Positions 10,676 to 21,364 of a stretch of 64,000 nt of DNA are shown here, in pieces (within the stretch, counting starts at the first letter, position 1; each line of letters opens with the position of its first letter). This DNA comes from Eledone cirrhosa. Its lineage: Eukaryota. The position numbers and the translations under genes were made by a program. Below the pieces are notes generated by a model. The model did not search any database. It was given only the letters and a program-made list of their open reading frames with translations, and was not told the origin of the DNA. Location of the stretch: assembly GCA_964016885.1 (NCBI GenBank), contig OZ024741.1, positions 170,624,001 through 170,688,000 of the forward strand, given 5' to 3'.

Positions 10676-13600
10676 TTGCATTTATCTTGTTTTATGTTTA
10701 TACGAGTTATCACCAAGTCACAACCAGTGACCTCAAGAGACAACAAGGTCCGCCATGTTCAAGAAAGAACACACATATTCACACATGCATCCTTAGTGTT
10801 TAGACTTGTGATGTACTTATATTGACAGGATCTTCCTTAGTATATGGGCAGTTCCCATTAGTACTATCTTTTGTATTTCTCCTATACGCGGGTTTCCTGG
10901 GATTTGCGATAAGTAGTCGTTAGACCCCTTAGGTATCATTCCCAGAGCGCCTACAACCACTGGTATTGTTTTAGTTCTCAATTTCCACATTTTTCCAATT
11001 TCTATCTCCAGGTCCTTATACTTGCTCAATTTTTCAAATGTTTTTATAGATACATTCTTGTCTATTGGAACAGACATATCAATTAGCAGGCATACCCTCT
11101 TTTTAAAGTCCTTCAGTATTATATCAGGTCTATTTGCATCTATTTTTCGGTCTGTTTGGATGCTAAAGTTCCACAATATTGAGATGTGATCTTTTTCAAG
11201 TATGGGAGGTGGTTGATGCTCCCACCAATTCTTTTGATGGGGCAGGTCAAAATGCTTACACATTATCCAATGTATGTATTGTGCAGCTCTGTCATGCCTG
11301 TTTAGGTATTCGGTTGGAGCTATAGGACTGCACATTGAAATTATATGGTCAATGGTCTCTGGTTGTTTTTTGCATACACGGCATAATGGGCTGCACCCAT
11401 TTTTTATTATGTTGGCTTGGTAATTTTTTGTTGGCAGACACTGATCTTGTGCGGATATAATCAGTCCTTCAGTCTCCGATTTCAGTCCAGAGGATGCCAA
11501 CCACTGATGGGTTAAAGTTTTGTCAACATCAGGATTGTTAGCTCGCTCTGGGTATTTTCCATACAGAGGCTTTTCTTGCCATTTCTTAGCCAGTTTCTGT
11601 AGCAGTTCTTTCTTTGCAGTTACTTTTACCTGCTTTGCTTTTTCTGTGTTTTCCATTTCAGCAGTAAATGGGACTTCTGAAATTTGTAGTCCATTACTGT
11701 ATCTTTGTGCATCTTTTGTAATGGAATATGATCTTTTGGTGCTTTCGTGTTTCAAAACGAGTTTGATCATCCAATCATGTGATTCCCTTAGATATGTGGA
11801 TAATCCAATTGTTGCAGTTTTCAACGCAATGTCTAACTGGATTAACCCACGTCCTCCTTCTTTCCTAGGGAGATATATTCTATCTATGTCTGCCTTAGGG
11901 TGATGCATTCTGTGCATGGTTAGGAATTCTCGGATTTTTGTATCGAGCCTACGGATCTCTGTGCTTGACCAGTTGATGACATTGTAACTGTAGGTTACTA
12001 CTGGTATGGCAAGCGTGTTTATGGCATCGATCCTATTCCTTGCATTCAATTCCGTTCTTAAGATTGCTCTGACTCTGCGGTAACATTCCTTCCTTATCCT
12101 TTCCCTCATTGTCGAGTGCTTGATTCCGTCTCCTTCACAAACACCTAGATATTTGTAAGTTTGTTCTTGATCAAGCTCTCTTATCACGTTCCCCCGATCC
12201 AGATTAATGTCTGAACTCTTCAGCAGCTTTCCTCTGGTGAACGTTGCTTTGGCGCATTTATCCAGTCCAAACTCCATTTTAATGTCATCACTGAACTGCT
12301 TCACAGTGGATAATAGCCCTTGCAATTGTTCATCATTTTTTGCAAATAGTTTCAGGTCATCCATGTAGAACAGGTGATTAATGGTTTTGTTATAGACTCT
12401 ATATCCATGTTTTGTTTCATTGAGCATTTTACTTAATGGTATAAGTGCGATGCAGAATAAAAGCGGTGATAAAAGGTCACCCTGAAAAATTCCACAATTA
12501 ATGTTAACTTCTCCAGCTTCCAGTGATTTTGTTTCACTATTCAAAAGGAGTGTCGTTCTCCATGTCCTCATACTGAATGACAAAAACCTCCTGATAACGG
12601 GGAATATTTTGAAAATCTCTAAACATTTTTCAATCCAACTGTGTGGCAAACTATCAAATGCTTTTTTATAATCTATCCAAGCAATCGATAGATTTTTGTG
12701 TCTATTATGACAATCTTCCAGTATCATTTTGTTAACCAGAAGCTGATCCTTACAGCCATATGAGCCTCGTTTACACCCTTTCTGCTCAATGGGAAATAGG
12801 TCATTTGTTATCAGGTGGTCATATGTGTATTCAGTTAGGACTGATGTTAAAATTTTATACATTGTGGTCAAGCAGGTTATCGGTCTGTAATTTTTGGGAT
12901 TCTGTGTCTCATCATTCTTCGGTAGCAGGAATGTAATGCCGTTAACTAGCCATGATGGTATCTTTTCTGGCTCCTTAACTATTTCATTGTAAAGTTGGGC
13001 TAACAGCTCATGAGACTCTGTGAAGGCATTTATCCAAAAGTTTTGTATTTTGTCTTTTCCTGGGGATTTCCATTTGCTGGTTTTTCTTAGAGCCAAGCGC
13101 AGCTGTTCAACTGTTATATTTTCCCATGTTTGTTCTTCAAGGTGAGCTGTTTCTTTCATTTGTCTGTCTATCCATGGGGCATGTATGTTATTAACTCTTT
13201 CTTCGCCCCAGATCTTTTCCCAGAATTCTTGCACTTCCTCCTTGGGTGGTATTGATTTAGCAGTTATTGTTGACTTTCCAATTTTTTTGTAGAAGTTTCT
13301 TTGGTTGTTTTTGAACATATTACTGTCCTTATAGAATCTAGATCGTTTTTCAAAGCGCCTTATACGAGCAGCTTTGGCCGACACTTTTTGCTTGATTGTT
13401 TCTATCAGCATGTCTATGTCACATGTTGATCTTATACTGTACTTTTTTTTCAATTTTCTAAATTTAGTTTGTTTAACATGTTCACCTACTTTATAGTTTG
13501 TTAAAATTTCTATGTCAGATCGGAGAAGGTTTATTTGGCGATTGATGTTATGTGGCCAAGTAGATTTCTTGTGGGAATTCCTTTGTTTTTTCATCTTCAC

Positions 13601-14650
13601 TCCACATAAGTGAGTGGTGACTTTAGCCGATGCATAATAAAGATGATTTAAGTCAGTAATGTTTAGTTTGTTTGTGATGATAATGTTTTTGAGAATTATG
13701 TTAGTCTTGTGTATTATCTTTTGGTTCTGTTTGGAGTTCTGGATCTTAGGGAGGGTGTCTCGTTCCCCCATGTCAGATTCTTTCATTTTCATCCATTCGA
13801 TCATAATTTCATCCTTCAAGTTGGCAAGTTCATTCTCATTCATTTCTTTATCATTTACGATCTCATTATTTTCATTTGGAGTTTCATCCTGAGCATGCAC
13901 TCCCTCCACCTTTTCGCTCCTTTCTTTAATTTGTTCTGTTGCCAGTGATTCCGCCCCAACTCTGGGATTCGAAGTGTTACAGTTTACCTCGTTTTCACTG
14001 ACACATGCTTCATTTTCCCTTCGCTGACTTTGTGCTACTAGCTTGATCTGATCAATTTCTATATCAGTTAGTAACTTTTTTCTTACAATATTTCTTCGTA
14101 TATTGGCTAGTTTGTTACTGTCAATATAGCCTCTGTTTTCGGGATGTTTCTTTTTCCAGTTGATATATGTTTGCTCTGTATTCGATGTATTTGATGGGTA
14201 GTACATGGCAGTGTAGAAAGCCTCAAGGACTTCTTTATTATCTTCCCTTGACCATTTTTCTCTCTTTTTCTTTGGATTTCTTGGTGGTGAGCATGGAGGG
14301 CCAACAGTAGGAGTATTCCGGTTATGGGAGGTCTCCAGCTCCGAAGTGATGGGAAGGTTTGAACCATTAGCTGATTTTTCGACCCCAGTCTGGTTCCTCT
14401 CTGAGAGACGCGGCCCTTTTTTACCCGGGTGACGGCCGATCCGGTATGAGATTTCATCATTAGACATCTACTTTATTTTGTCGCGTTTTATCCTTATCCG
14501 CCAAGGGGTAATCTTTTCGTGTTACCACTTCTAGAACGAGTGTCAACCAAGACTAGAGGGGTCGTTCTCCCCTAGAGACATGGCTATTCCCCGCCGGCCG
14601 CCATCCCGGTATTTCTTGGTCACGGGGTTTTCTTCTTGTTGTTTTTTTTT
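10676..14650 (-). mobile_element. R4/Dong-like family A copy 3 (full length, intact ORF)
   Basis: About 180-nt 5' UTR, single 1216-aa ORF, about 140-nt 3' UTR ending in (TAA)n. Confidence 0.95.
10817..14467 (-). CDS. R4/Dong-type polyprotein: Myb-like N-terminus, RT, CCHC knuckle, RLE endonuclease
   Basis: KWSREDNKEVLEAFY...W...KLANIRRNI N-terminal motif; RT motifs with YMDD; CRVCKKQPETIDHIISMC; RHD; PD..D..KY nuclease; no APE domain. Confidence 0.95.
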   Translation of the reverse strand: MSNDEISYRIGRHPGKKGPRLSERNQTGVEKSANGSNLPITSELETSHNRNTPTVGPPCSPPRNPKKKREKWSREDNKEVLEAFYTAMYYPSNTSNTEQTYINWKKKHPENRGYIDSNKLANIRRNIVRKKLLTDIEIDQIKLVAQSQRRENEACVSENEVNCNTSNPRVGAESLATEQIKERSEKVEGVHAQDETPNENNEIVNDKEMNENELANLKDEIMIEWMKMKESDMGERDTLPKIQNSKQNQKIIHKTNIILKNIIITNKLNITDLNHLYYASAKVTTHLCGVKMKKQRNSHKKSTWPHNINRQINLLRSDIEILTNYKVGEHVKQTKFRKLKKKYSIRSTCDIDMLIETIKQKVSAKAARIRRFEKRSRFYKDSNMFKNNQRNFYKKIGKSTITAKSIPPKEEVQEFWEKIWGEERVNNIHAPWIDRQMKETAHLEEQTWENITVEQLRLALRKTSKWKSPGKDKIQNFWINAFTESHELLAQLYNEIVKEPEKIPSWLVNGITFLLPKNDETQNPKNYRPITCLTTMYKILTSVLTEYTYDHLITNDLFPIEQKGCKRGSYGCKDQLLVNKMILEDCHNRHKNLSIAWIDYKKAFDSLPHSWIEKCLEIFKIFPVIRRFLSFSMRTWRTTLLLNSETKSLEAGEVNINCGIFQGDLLSPLLFCIALIPLSKMLNETKHGYRVYNKTINHLFYMDDLKLFAKNDEQLQGLLSTVKQFSDDIKMEFGLDKCAKATFTRGKLLKSSDINLDRGNVIRELDQEQTYKYLGVCEGDGIKHSTMRERIRKECYRRVRAILRTELNARNRIDAINTLAIPVVTYSYNVINWSSTEIRRLDTKIREFLTMHRMHHPKADIDRIYLPRKEGGRGLIQLDIALKTATIGLSTYLRESHDWMIKLVLKHESTKRSYSITKDAQRYSNGLQISEVPFTAEMENTEKAKQVKVTAKKELLQKLAKKWQEKPLYGKYPERANNPDVDKTLTHQWLASSGLKSETEGLIISAQDQCLPTKNYQANIIKNGCSPLCRVCKKQPETIDHIISMCSPIAPTEYLNRHDRAAQYIHWIMCKHFDLPHQKNWWEHQPPPILEKDHISILWNFSIQTDRKIDANRPDIILKDFKKRVCLLIDMSVPIDKNVSIKTFEKLSKYKDLEIEIGKMWKLRTKTIPVVVGALGMIPKGSNDYLSQIPGNPRIGEIQKIVLMGTAHILRKILSI

Positions 14651-14799
14651 AAATTGTTATTATCATGAGTGGTTCCTTAATGTGAGCATTGCGTGGCTTA
14701 AGAATGAAATTATTAATAATTGTCTCCACTCCAGGCACAAGGCCAGCAATCACCCAGTGCATTACAATAATATAATATACTTTTTGTTGTAGTTGGCTG

Positions 14800-15403
14800 T
14801 TATTGCTGCTGGCTATGTCGGTGGTGGTGCCGGAGCTTTTTATGTTGTTGGTGAGGAAGGGGTGAGCCAGCAGTCCCATAATTGTTGATGTAGACGTTTG
14901 TCCGTGGCAAGGTCACCAAGTCAATCTATTTATATCTTTTGCTAGCCTCTCTCTTGTCTAGTGCTACCACCACCTTCCCTTTTCTCTCTCAAGTTAACAG
15001 GGGAATAGTGTCAGTAGCATTGAATGAGTGGTGGCGGCGATGATGGATGTGGTGGGGTGGTGGCAGCGGTGGTGTTGTGGTTACTGATATAGTATCTATG
15101 AGTTTGTGTTCGTATGTTTAATATATATTTTCATTATATTTTGTGTTGACATATTCCCGTAAAATTTGAATTAAACATTTTTTAAAATTTGAGACAATAA
15201 TAATAGTAATTATTATTATGATGCCGGTGAAGTTGCCGTTATATTTAGTGTGATGGGATAGGTAGTGTATCAAGTTTCTGGTGTTGGTGAAATTGAAATT
15301 GCCGCTGTTCTATATAGTGTAGACAGAGGGTGTTTTGTTCCATTTATAACCATTTTCTTTTTTTGAATACAAAATATATAATACAAAATTGAATATTTGA
15401 GCG
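14800..15403. repeat. GGT-rich spacer repeat, copy 1 (others at about 25130-26130 and 30270-31060)
   Basis: Shared blocks TCAATCTATTTATATC, CCACCTTCCCCTTT, GAAATTGCCGTTAT, CCATTTATAACCATTTTCTTTTTTGAAT, AATATTTGAGC. Confidence 0.8.
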
Positions 15404-15445
<42 letters not shown>

Positions 15446-15654
15446 GGCGACCTACGTAGTAAATCGTATCATCGTTAGCTCCGCAAAGGTTTGTTACTTC
15501 CGTTTGTTAAAAATTGCCATTTATGGAAATTTTTTATTGTTAACCATATATAAGCGCACATACATTGTTTTCCGAAAAGGACACCCAAAAAGATTGGGGC
15601 CTTGTGCCCAAAATTTAAACCTTTATTATTATCAAAGAATTTCTTTGAAAAAAA

Positions 15655-17649
15655 ATGGCTAATTCACCTCTGCACCAAGCAGCTGAAAGCCTTTCTCACA
15701 AATTAACACCTCACACCGACACCACCATTGTAAATGTTACTACGTTTAACAACACTAAAAAAAATATAAGCACTAGCAATATTTTAAATTTGTCTCAGGC
15801 AGACATTCATTTCCCGCCATTACCAATGACTGCAGGTGTTAAAGCCTCCACCACCACCACCGCGACAACCATCACCCCCACCGCCACCGCGACAACAGAA
15901 ACAAAAGAAGAAAAAAATAAATTAACTCGTGATGTCGAAATGAAATCAAGCAAAATGGACTCTTCCCCACCAAAGACGACTGACGTCACCACCACCACAA
16001 CTGAAACTAAAATTAATATTAACACAAATAACGATAGCAACAACAACAATGACATTATAAAAACCACCCTCAGTTTCGCCAGAGTAGCAAAACAGTTCGA
16101 AGCATTTACGGTAACTCGGGAGGATTTAGAAAATGCCAAACAAATGGTAAAGAAAGATGGGTACAGGGTCAGCCTCACCCCCCCACACACCTAATAAAAT
16201 GGAGCATCGGCGCCTATGCACCGTGTCGTATCGAACAATAAATGTAAAATCGCGCCGAGTGGAACGGGCATCCGAGTCCCAAATCCAAAAAGCTTTGGGA
16301 CATATGTGGGCAAGAAAAACCCACATCAGATGTGAGCAAAAGTATGGAACCGTGGACGTGTTCTTTGAAACACCAGAGGAGGCTAGAGAACACTCCATGG
16401 CCCCATTAAGAAGTGACGACTTCACACTCGTCCCAAGCTATTGTGGCCAGAGACTCGTAAAGATCAGGGTGACCCACGTTCCACCGGCCATCGAAATTCC
16501 CTGGCTAATAGCGGCCGTCCTCGCCGGCATCAAAGCCAACACAAAAATAATAACAATAGCAAAATAAAAGCAGGAAAACTGGTCCGGATCTGGGATGGAG
16601 CTCCTGATCCAAGCGGACCAAAAAAGCATTGAGGATATCCCAGAGGTAATAGACCTCACTGACGGCAGCCACCTCACGGTAATTGTCGAGGGCAGAAGAC
16701 CTAGGTGTGTCGTTTGTGGTGAAGGAACCCACCTAAGGGCTTTCTGCCCTCAGGCTAAAAGGTTGAGGCCACCTCTCCTACCCACCCCAGTGACACAACC
16801 ATCAACACCACCAGTAGCAGAGATGACAGCAACAATTGTAGCAGCAACAACAGAAGCAACTATAACAGCAACAACCCCAGCAACAGTAGCAAAACCAACA
16901 CCACCACCACCACCACCAGCAAAACCAACACCACCACCACCCAACGCTTCAGAACTAGCACCAGCGCCTACACCATCCACCACACCACAACCAAAACTAA
17001 CGGCTGTGGAGGATTTTCCACTCCCCGGCCTATCACAACTGGAGACAGATTGTGACGACGAGGAGTGGGAAACGATATCCGGAAAAAAAAAAGAAACCAA
17101 AAAAGAAAAAATTCTCTTCCTTCCCCCTCCAAAAACAAAATACAGAGGGAAACAAATAAACTAAGAAACAAAAAAGTTAGGACAGATATGCCACCATCCA
17201 CACCAGCATCACCAACCCCATCAACCCAAAGACCAACACCATCACCATCATTAACTCCAACACCACCATCACCTACACCACAAAAGTCACCAAAATGCGA
17301 AACAGAAACAAACCCAAAACAAACGCAAACAAAACAAAACAACCAAAACGATACACACTACACAGCATTAAATTTGAACAACAAGCAATTATTACACTAC
17401 ACCCAACACAACACCAGCATCACAGTAAAAGACTACACAACAACCCCAAAATTCACACCACCTCCACACATACAAATCACTCGCATCACACAGAAAACGT
17501 ACATGACACTAAAACAAAAATTCCCCAAAGACATCGGAGACTTCAGACAAGCACTCTCCAGGAGGATTTATAAGGACATCCTTCCTGAGGAGGCCACAGG
17601 CTGTGAAAAGAATGGAAAAACCGTCCTTCCCCTACGAGAAGTAAGGTAA
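15655..17649 (+). pseudogene. Tx1-like ORF1 (gag-like, zinc knuckle), disrupted
   Basis: Pieces 15655-16194, 16157-16567, 16595-17164 and 17065-17649; CVVCGEGTHLRAFC fits CX2CX4HX4C; SFA..A and EEWET motifs; Pro/Thr-rich tracts. Confidence 0.8.
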
Positions 17650-17683
17650 GTGGTCTTTCCCATCTTTTCCACTCCTTTTCAAC

Positions 17684-20600
17684 ATGACCTCACTCAGAAT
17701 AGGCAGCATAAATGCGCGTGGCATGGGGTCGTCATGGAAGCAGGGCCACCTGCTCAACGACCTCAGGTCACTAAACATAGATGTAGTGGCCATCAGCGAG
17801 ACCAGAATCTCCGAAGCACAGGCTTTCGCACCGATCTTCGGCGGCTACGATGTGTACACATCTCCCAGCCGTCCGGGATCGTGGGGGAGGAGTTGCTGTG
17901 CTTTTTCGGAGAGGTTTGGATCTTGCCATACGGGCCATCTTCCTGGACCCAGAAGGTAAGTTGGTGGTGCTGGACGTGACCAGCGGAGACGGGCAAGCTT
18001 TCAGGTTAGTGGCCGTCTATGCCCCGACAGGAGCAGGGCGGCCTGATTTCTTCCGGCGTCTGGAGACTTTTCTTGGAACGTCCCGCTCTTTAGTATTAGT
18101 GGGCGACTGGAACGGGATCTTAGATGCACGCTGGGATTGTGTGGGATTAGTGGATAGGGAAGGAGGGTTCAAGAGTCTCACCAACCTGCTCAGACGTTTT
18201 GAACTGTCTGACAGGTACCGAATGGATTTCCCGAATGTACCAATGTGGACTTGGACAAATCGCATAGGGTCATCCAGATCATATCTAGATAGAGTATTTT
18301 GTAGGGAAATAGATAGGTCTAGCATAGGTTGTCCACAATTCAAGATAGTCAGCTACACGGACCACAAATTCGTGATCTGTGTGCTTGACTTAGATAGGCT
18401 TTATAGACAAGGACCCGGCTACTGGAAGCTAAACGCGTCCTTACCAGTGCGCAAGGCCTACAGAGACCGGATTAGCGAACTAGTTAAGCAGGCGTTGACG
18501 GGGGCCATCGTCAACAACAAGTGGTGGTTTGCTCTGAAAAGAGCAATTAGAATAGAGTCCATTAGGTTTAGTAAGACTTTAGCAATAGAGAAAAATAGAG
18601 CAGAGGAAGAATTAGTTAGAAAATTAGATGAGGCGCTTAGCAAAGGCATCGCGACCGACGTACTTGCGGCGAAATTGGCCCTTGACCAATTCTTCAATGC
18701 AAAGCACGAAGGCTGCGTTGTCAGAGCTAGGGTGCGTGCTCTCAGACACGAGGGGACGAAAGCCGTTCAATGGGCCCGAGTGGCGGAGGCGCGTCGTGGC
18801 AACAAAGCCACGATCCGGTCTTTGGTGGACCACGACGGGCGTATGCTACTCGATCCCGGGCAAATGTGTGAAGCTTTTCAGCGACACTTCGCTCAACTGT
18901 TCGGGGGCAGTGGCGGGCCGGATCGAGGGATGGACTTTAGTGTCTACCTCGACGGACTGCCGCGGCTTTCGGCTACTGAGGCGGAGTGTTGCGAAAAGCC
19001 GATAACAACCGCTGAAGTACGGGATGCAATGACTAGTTGCACAAGGGGTAAATCGCCTGGTTTGGATGGTCTGCCCTATGAACTTTACGTACAAATTCCA
19101 AACTTGTTCGGAGGCCTCTTGGCGGACGTCTACTGCAACTGGCAACAGAACGGGAGAATTCCCAGCTCTGTGAGCCGAGGAGCGGTGGCGCTGCTGAGAA
19201 AGGATCCGAACAAGGGGGATAACATAGATAATTTTAGGCCCATAGCTCTGCTAAACACAGTGTTCAAGATTTTGGCCAAGGTGCTAGCAAAGAGGTTGGC
19301 GCTTGTCGTTGGTGGTCTGGTGGGACAGGCACAGACATGCGCCATTCCCGACAGATCCATCCACGACAACCTCCACCTCATGCGATACATCGTAGAGAGG
19401 GTAGCTAGGGAACCTGGCAAGGGTGGGTCTTTGATCAATTTAGATCAGTCGAAAGCCTTCGATAGGGTCGACCATCGTTACCTAGCGGCAGTCCTGAGGG
19501 CGGCTGGCTTTGGGCCCGTCTTCAGAGGCTGGATCGCTGCCATGCACAGCGACATCTGCTCTGTAGTGAGAGTGAACGGTCACCTTTCGGAACCGTTCAA
19601 CATCATGCGCTCGGTCCGCCAAGGATGTCCCCTCTCGTCCCTATTGTACGTATTGACTCTCGAGCCATTACTGCACAAACTGGAGACGTTGAGGGGGGTC
19701 CCGCGCGAACTAGGATGCGGAAGATCCGTGTCAGCATATGCCGACGATGTCACCGTAGTGGTGTCGAACGCCAAACACATCGAGGCGATCGGCACTATAC
19801 TAAGAGAAAACGAAGCGGTGACAGGAGCAATGATCAACCAGGAAAAGTCAGTGGGCCTGCAGCTCGGCACCTGGAGAGGCAGGTCCATGCCGTCCAACAG
19901 CGTCGTCAGGCGCTGGACGGGCGGACCGGTTAAATTGCCAGGGGTCTGGTTCGGTCCAGACCTCCAGACGGACAAAAACTGGGACGAGGTGACGAGCAGG
20001 GTGGCTTCTCTCAGCCAGAAATGGGCCGAGAGGAAGCTATCCCTGAAAGGTCGAGCGGAGGTGGCTAACGCGTACATCGCGTCCGTCATCTACTACCGCC
20101 TGACCGTCGTACCTTGTCCTAAGCCCCGCCTGACTGCGCTGGAGCGTTTGCTCTTTCGCTTCTTGTGGAAGGGACGCGCTCCGATGGTCAGGCGGTCCAT
20201 CTGCTGTCAACACCCGCTACGTGGAGGGCTGGGCATGCCGTGGCTGATGATGCGCAGACACGCGCTCAGGCTACGACATCTCCACCTCTTCCTCGACGGT
20301 GATCAGGTGTGGTCGCCGTTTGCTAGACACGTTTTTCCCCAGCTCGTCTCCTTGACGGAGCTGCAGTCCTGGGTCAAGCGAAGACCGAGAGGGAGCGCTT
20401 GGAGACTGGAATGTCTTCAGGCGCTCACAGCCCTCGACCAATCGGGCAATGTGATCGGTGGAAACTCCACCTTGGCGTTCTATAGGGGATTAGTGGAGGG
20501 GAAGAGCGACGACGTACTTGGAGAAACTCTAGGCGTCGACGAAAATCAACTAGCCAATCTCTTCTGAAGGACTTTCGGGCCGGGGCCTATGGACAACTTC

Positions 20601-21064
20601 CAGAAATCCCTGGCCTGGCAGTGCTACCGAGGAGCTTTGCCAGTTCGGGATAAACTCTACAGGCATGGAGGTGCCGTCAGCCGGGCATGTCCGAGATGCG
20701 CGTAGGGCGATGAAACCGTCCTGCACGCACTCGTCCAGTGTCCGAGCATTGAGGACGGATCCAGCTATCAGCTGAGTCCATCGCGAGGATTGCCCCGCCC
20801 CCTTCCTTTAGCCCGGAAGGGCAGGCAGTTTTTATCTGTCTGGTGGCCATGGCGAAAGAGATAGTATTGTGGACACGTTTGAAAGGACTGAAGACGAGCA
20901 CTTACCTCTTCGGTGATGCCCTGATTAACTTTTTCAAATTTCATTTGAAAAGGAAAATCAGGTTAGAGAGGGAAGTGCTCTCTTCCCAGCATTTTGTTGA
21001 AAGATGGGTGAGAGAAGCAAGTATGGCCCGAATGAATGGGCCTTCTCTGAGTATGTGTCTGTAA
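17684..21064 (+). pseudogene. Tx1-like ORF2 (APE endonuclease, RT, C-terminal zinc finger), disrupted
   Basis: SINARG, SET, GDWN, SYLDRV, TDH (APE); NFRPIALLN, DQSKAFDRV, RQGCPLS, YADD (RT); CPRC..ETVLHALVQC; frameshift near 17880; stops at 20565 and about 20702. Confidence 0.92.
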
Positions 21065-21314
21065 ATTAAAGGTGGCAAACTGGGAGAGGGCACTTGCCCT
21101 GGTGGTCAGGGCCACTGTGGTCTTTTAATGGGCTTTCTCCACAAATGTCCCTCGGAAGTCTCCCCCTTATTGGGGAATTTTTCTTTGTTATTTTATTTCA
21201 TCCTCTGTTTTTTTACACGCAGAAATGCCCATTTGTACCGTCCTGTATTGTCCTGTACTGTCCTTAATGTCTACTTTATGTAAACCCTTGTGGTTAATAA
21301 AGAAAATATTATTA

Positions 21315-21364
<50 letters not shown>

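Larger units (their letters stand above)
15446..21306 (+). mobile_element. Full-length Tx1/L1-clade non-LTR retrotransposon inserted in (TTA)n
   Basis: Two-ORF layout; AATAAA at 21296-21301; (TTA)n on both sides (15404-15445 and 21307-21364). Confidence 0.92.

Noticed and set aside
14585-14612. GCCGGCCGCCATCCCGG resembling twister ribozyme P4/L4
   Set aside because: Antisense to the element, and the loop lacks the twister pseudoknot partners
14468-14650. HDV-like ribozyme at the element 5' end
   Set aside because: Could not place P3/L3 (UCCNCGY), P1.1 or the catalytic C by eye
20565-20567. In-frame TGA in Tx1 ORF2 as readthrough or selenocysteine
   Set aside because: More simply a CGA-to-TGA change in a copy that has other lesions
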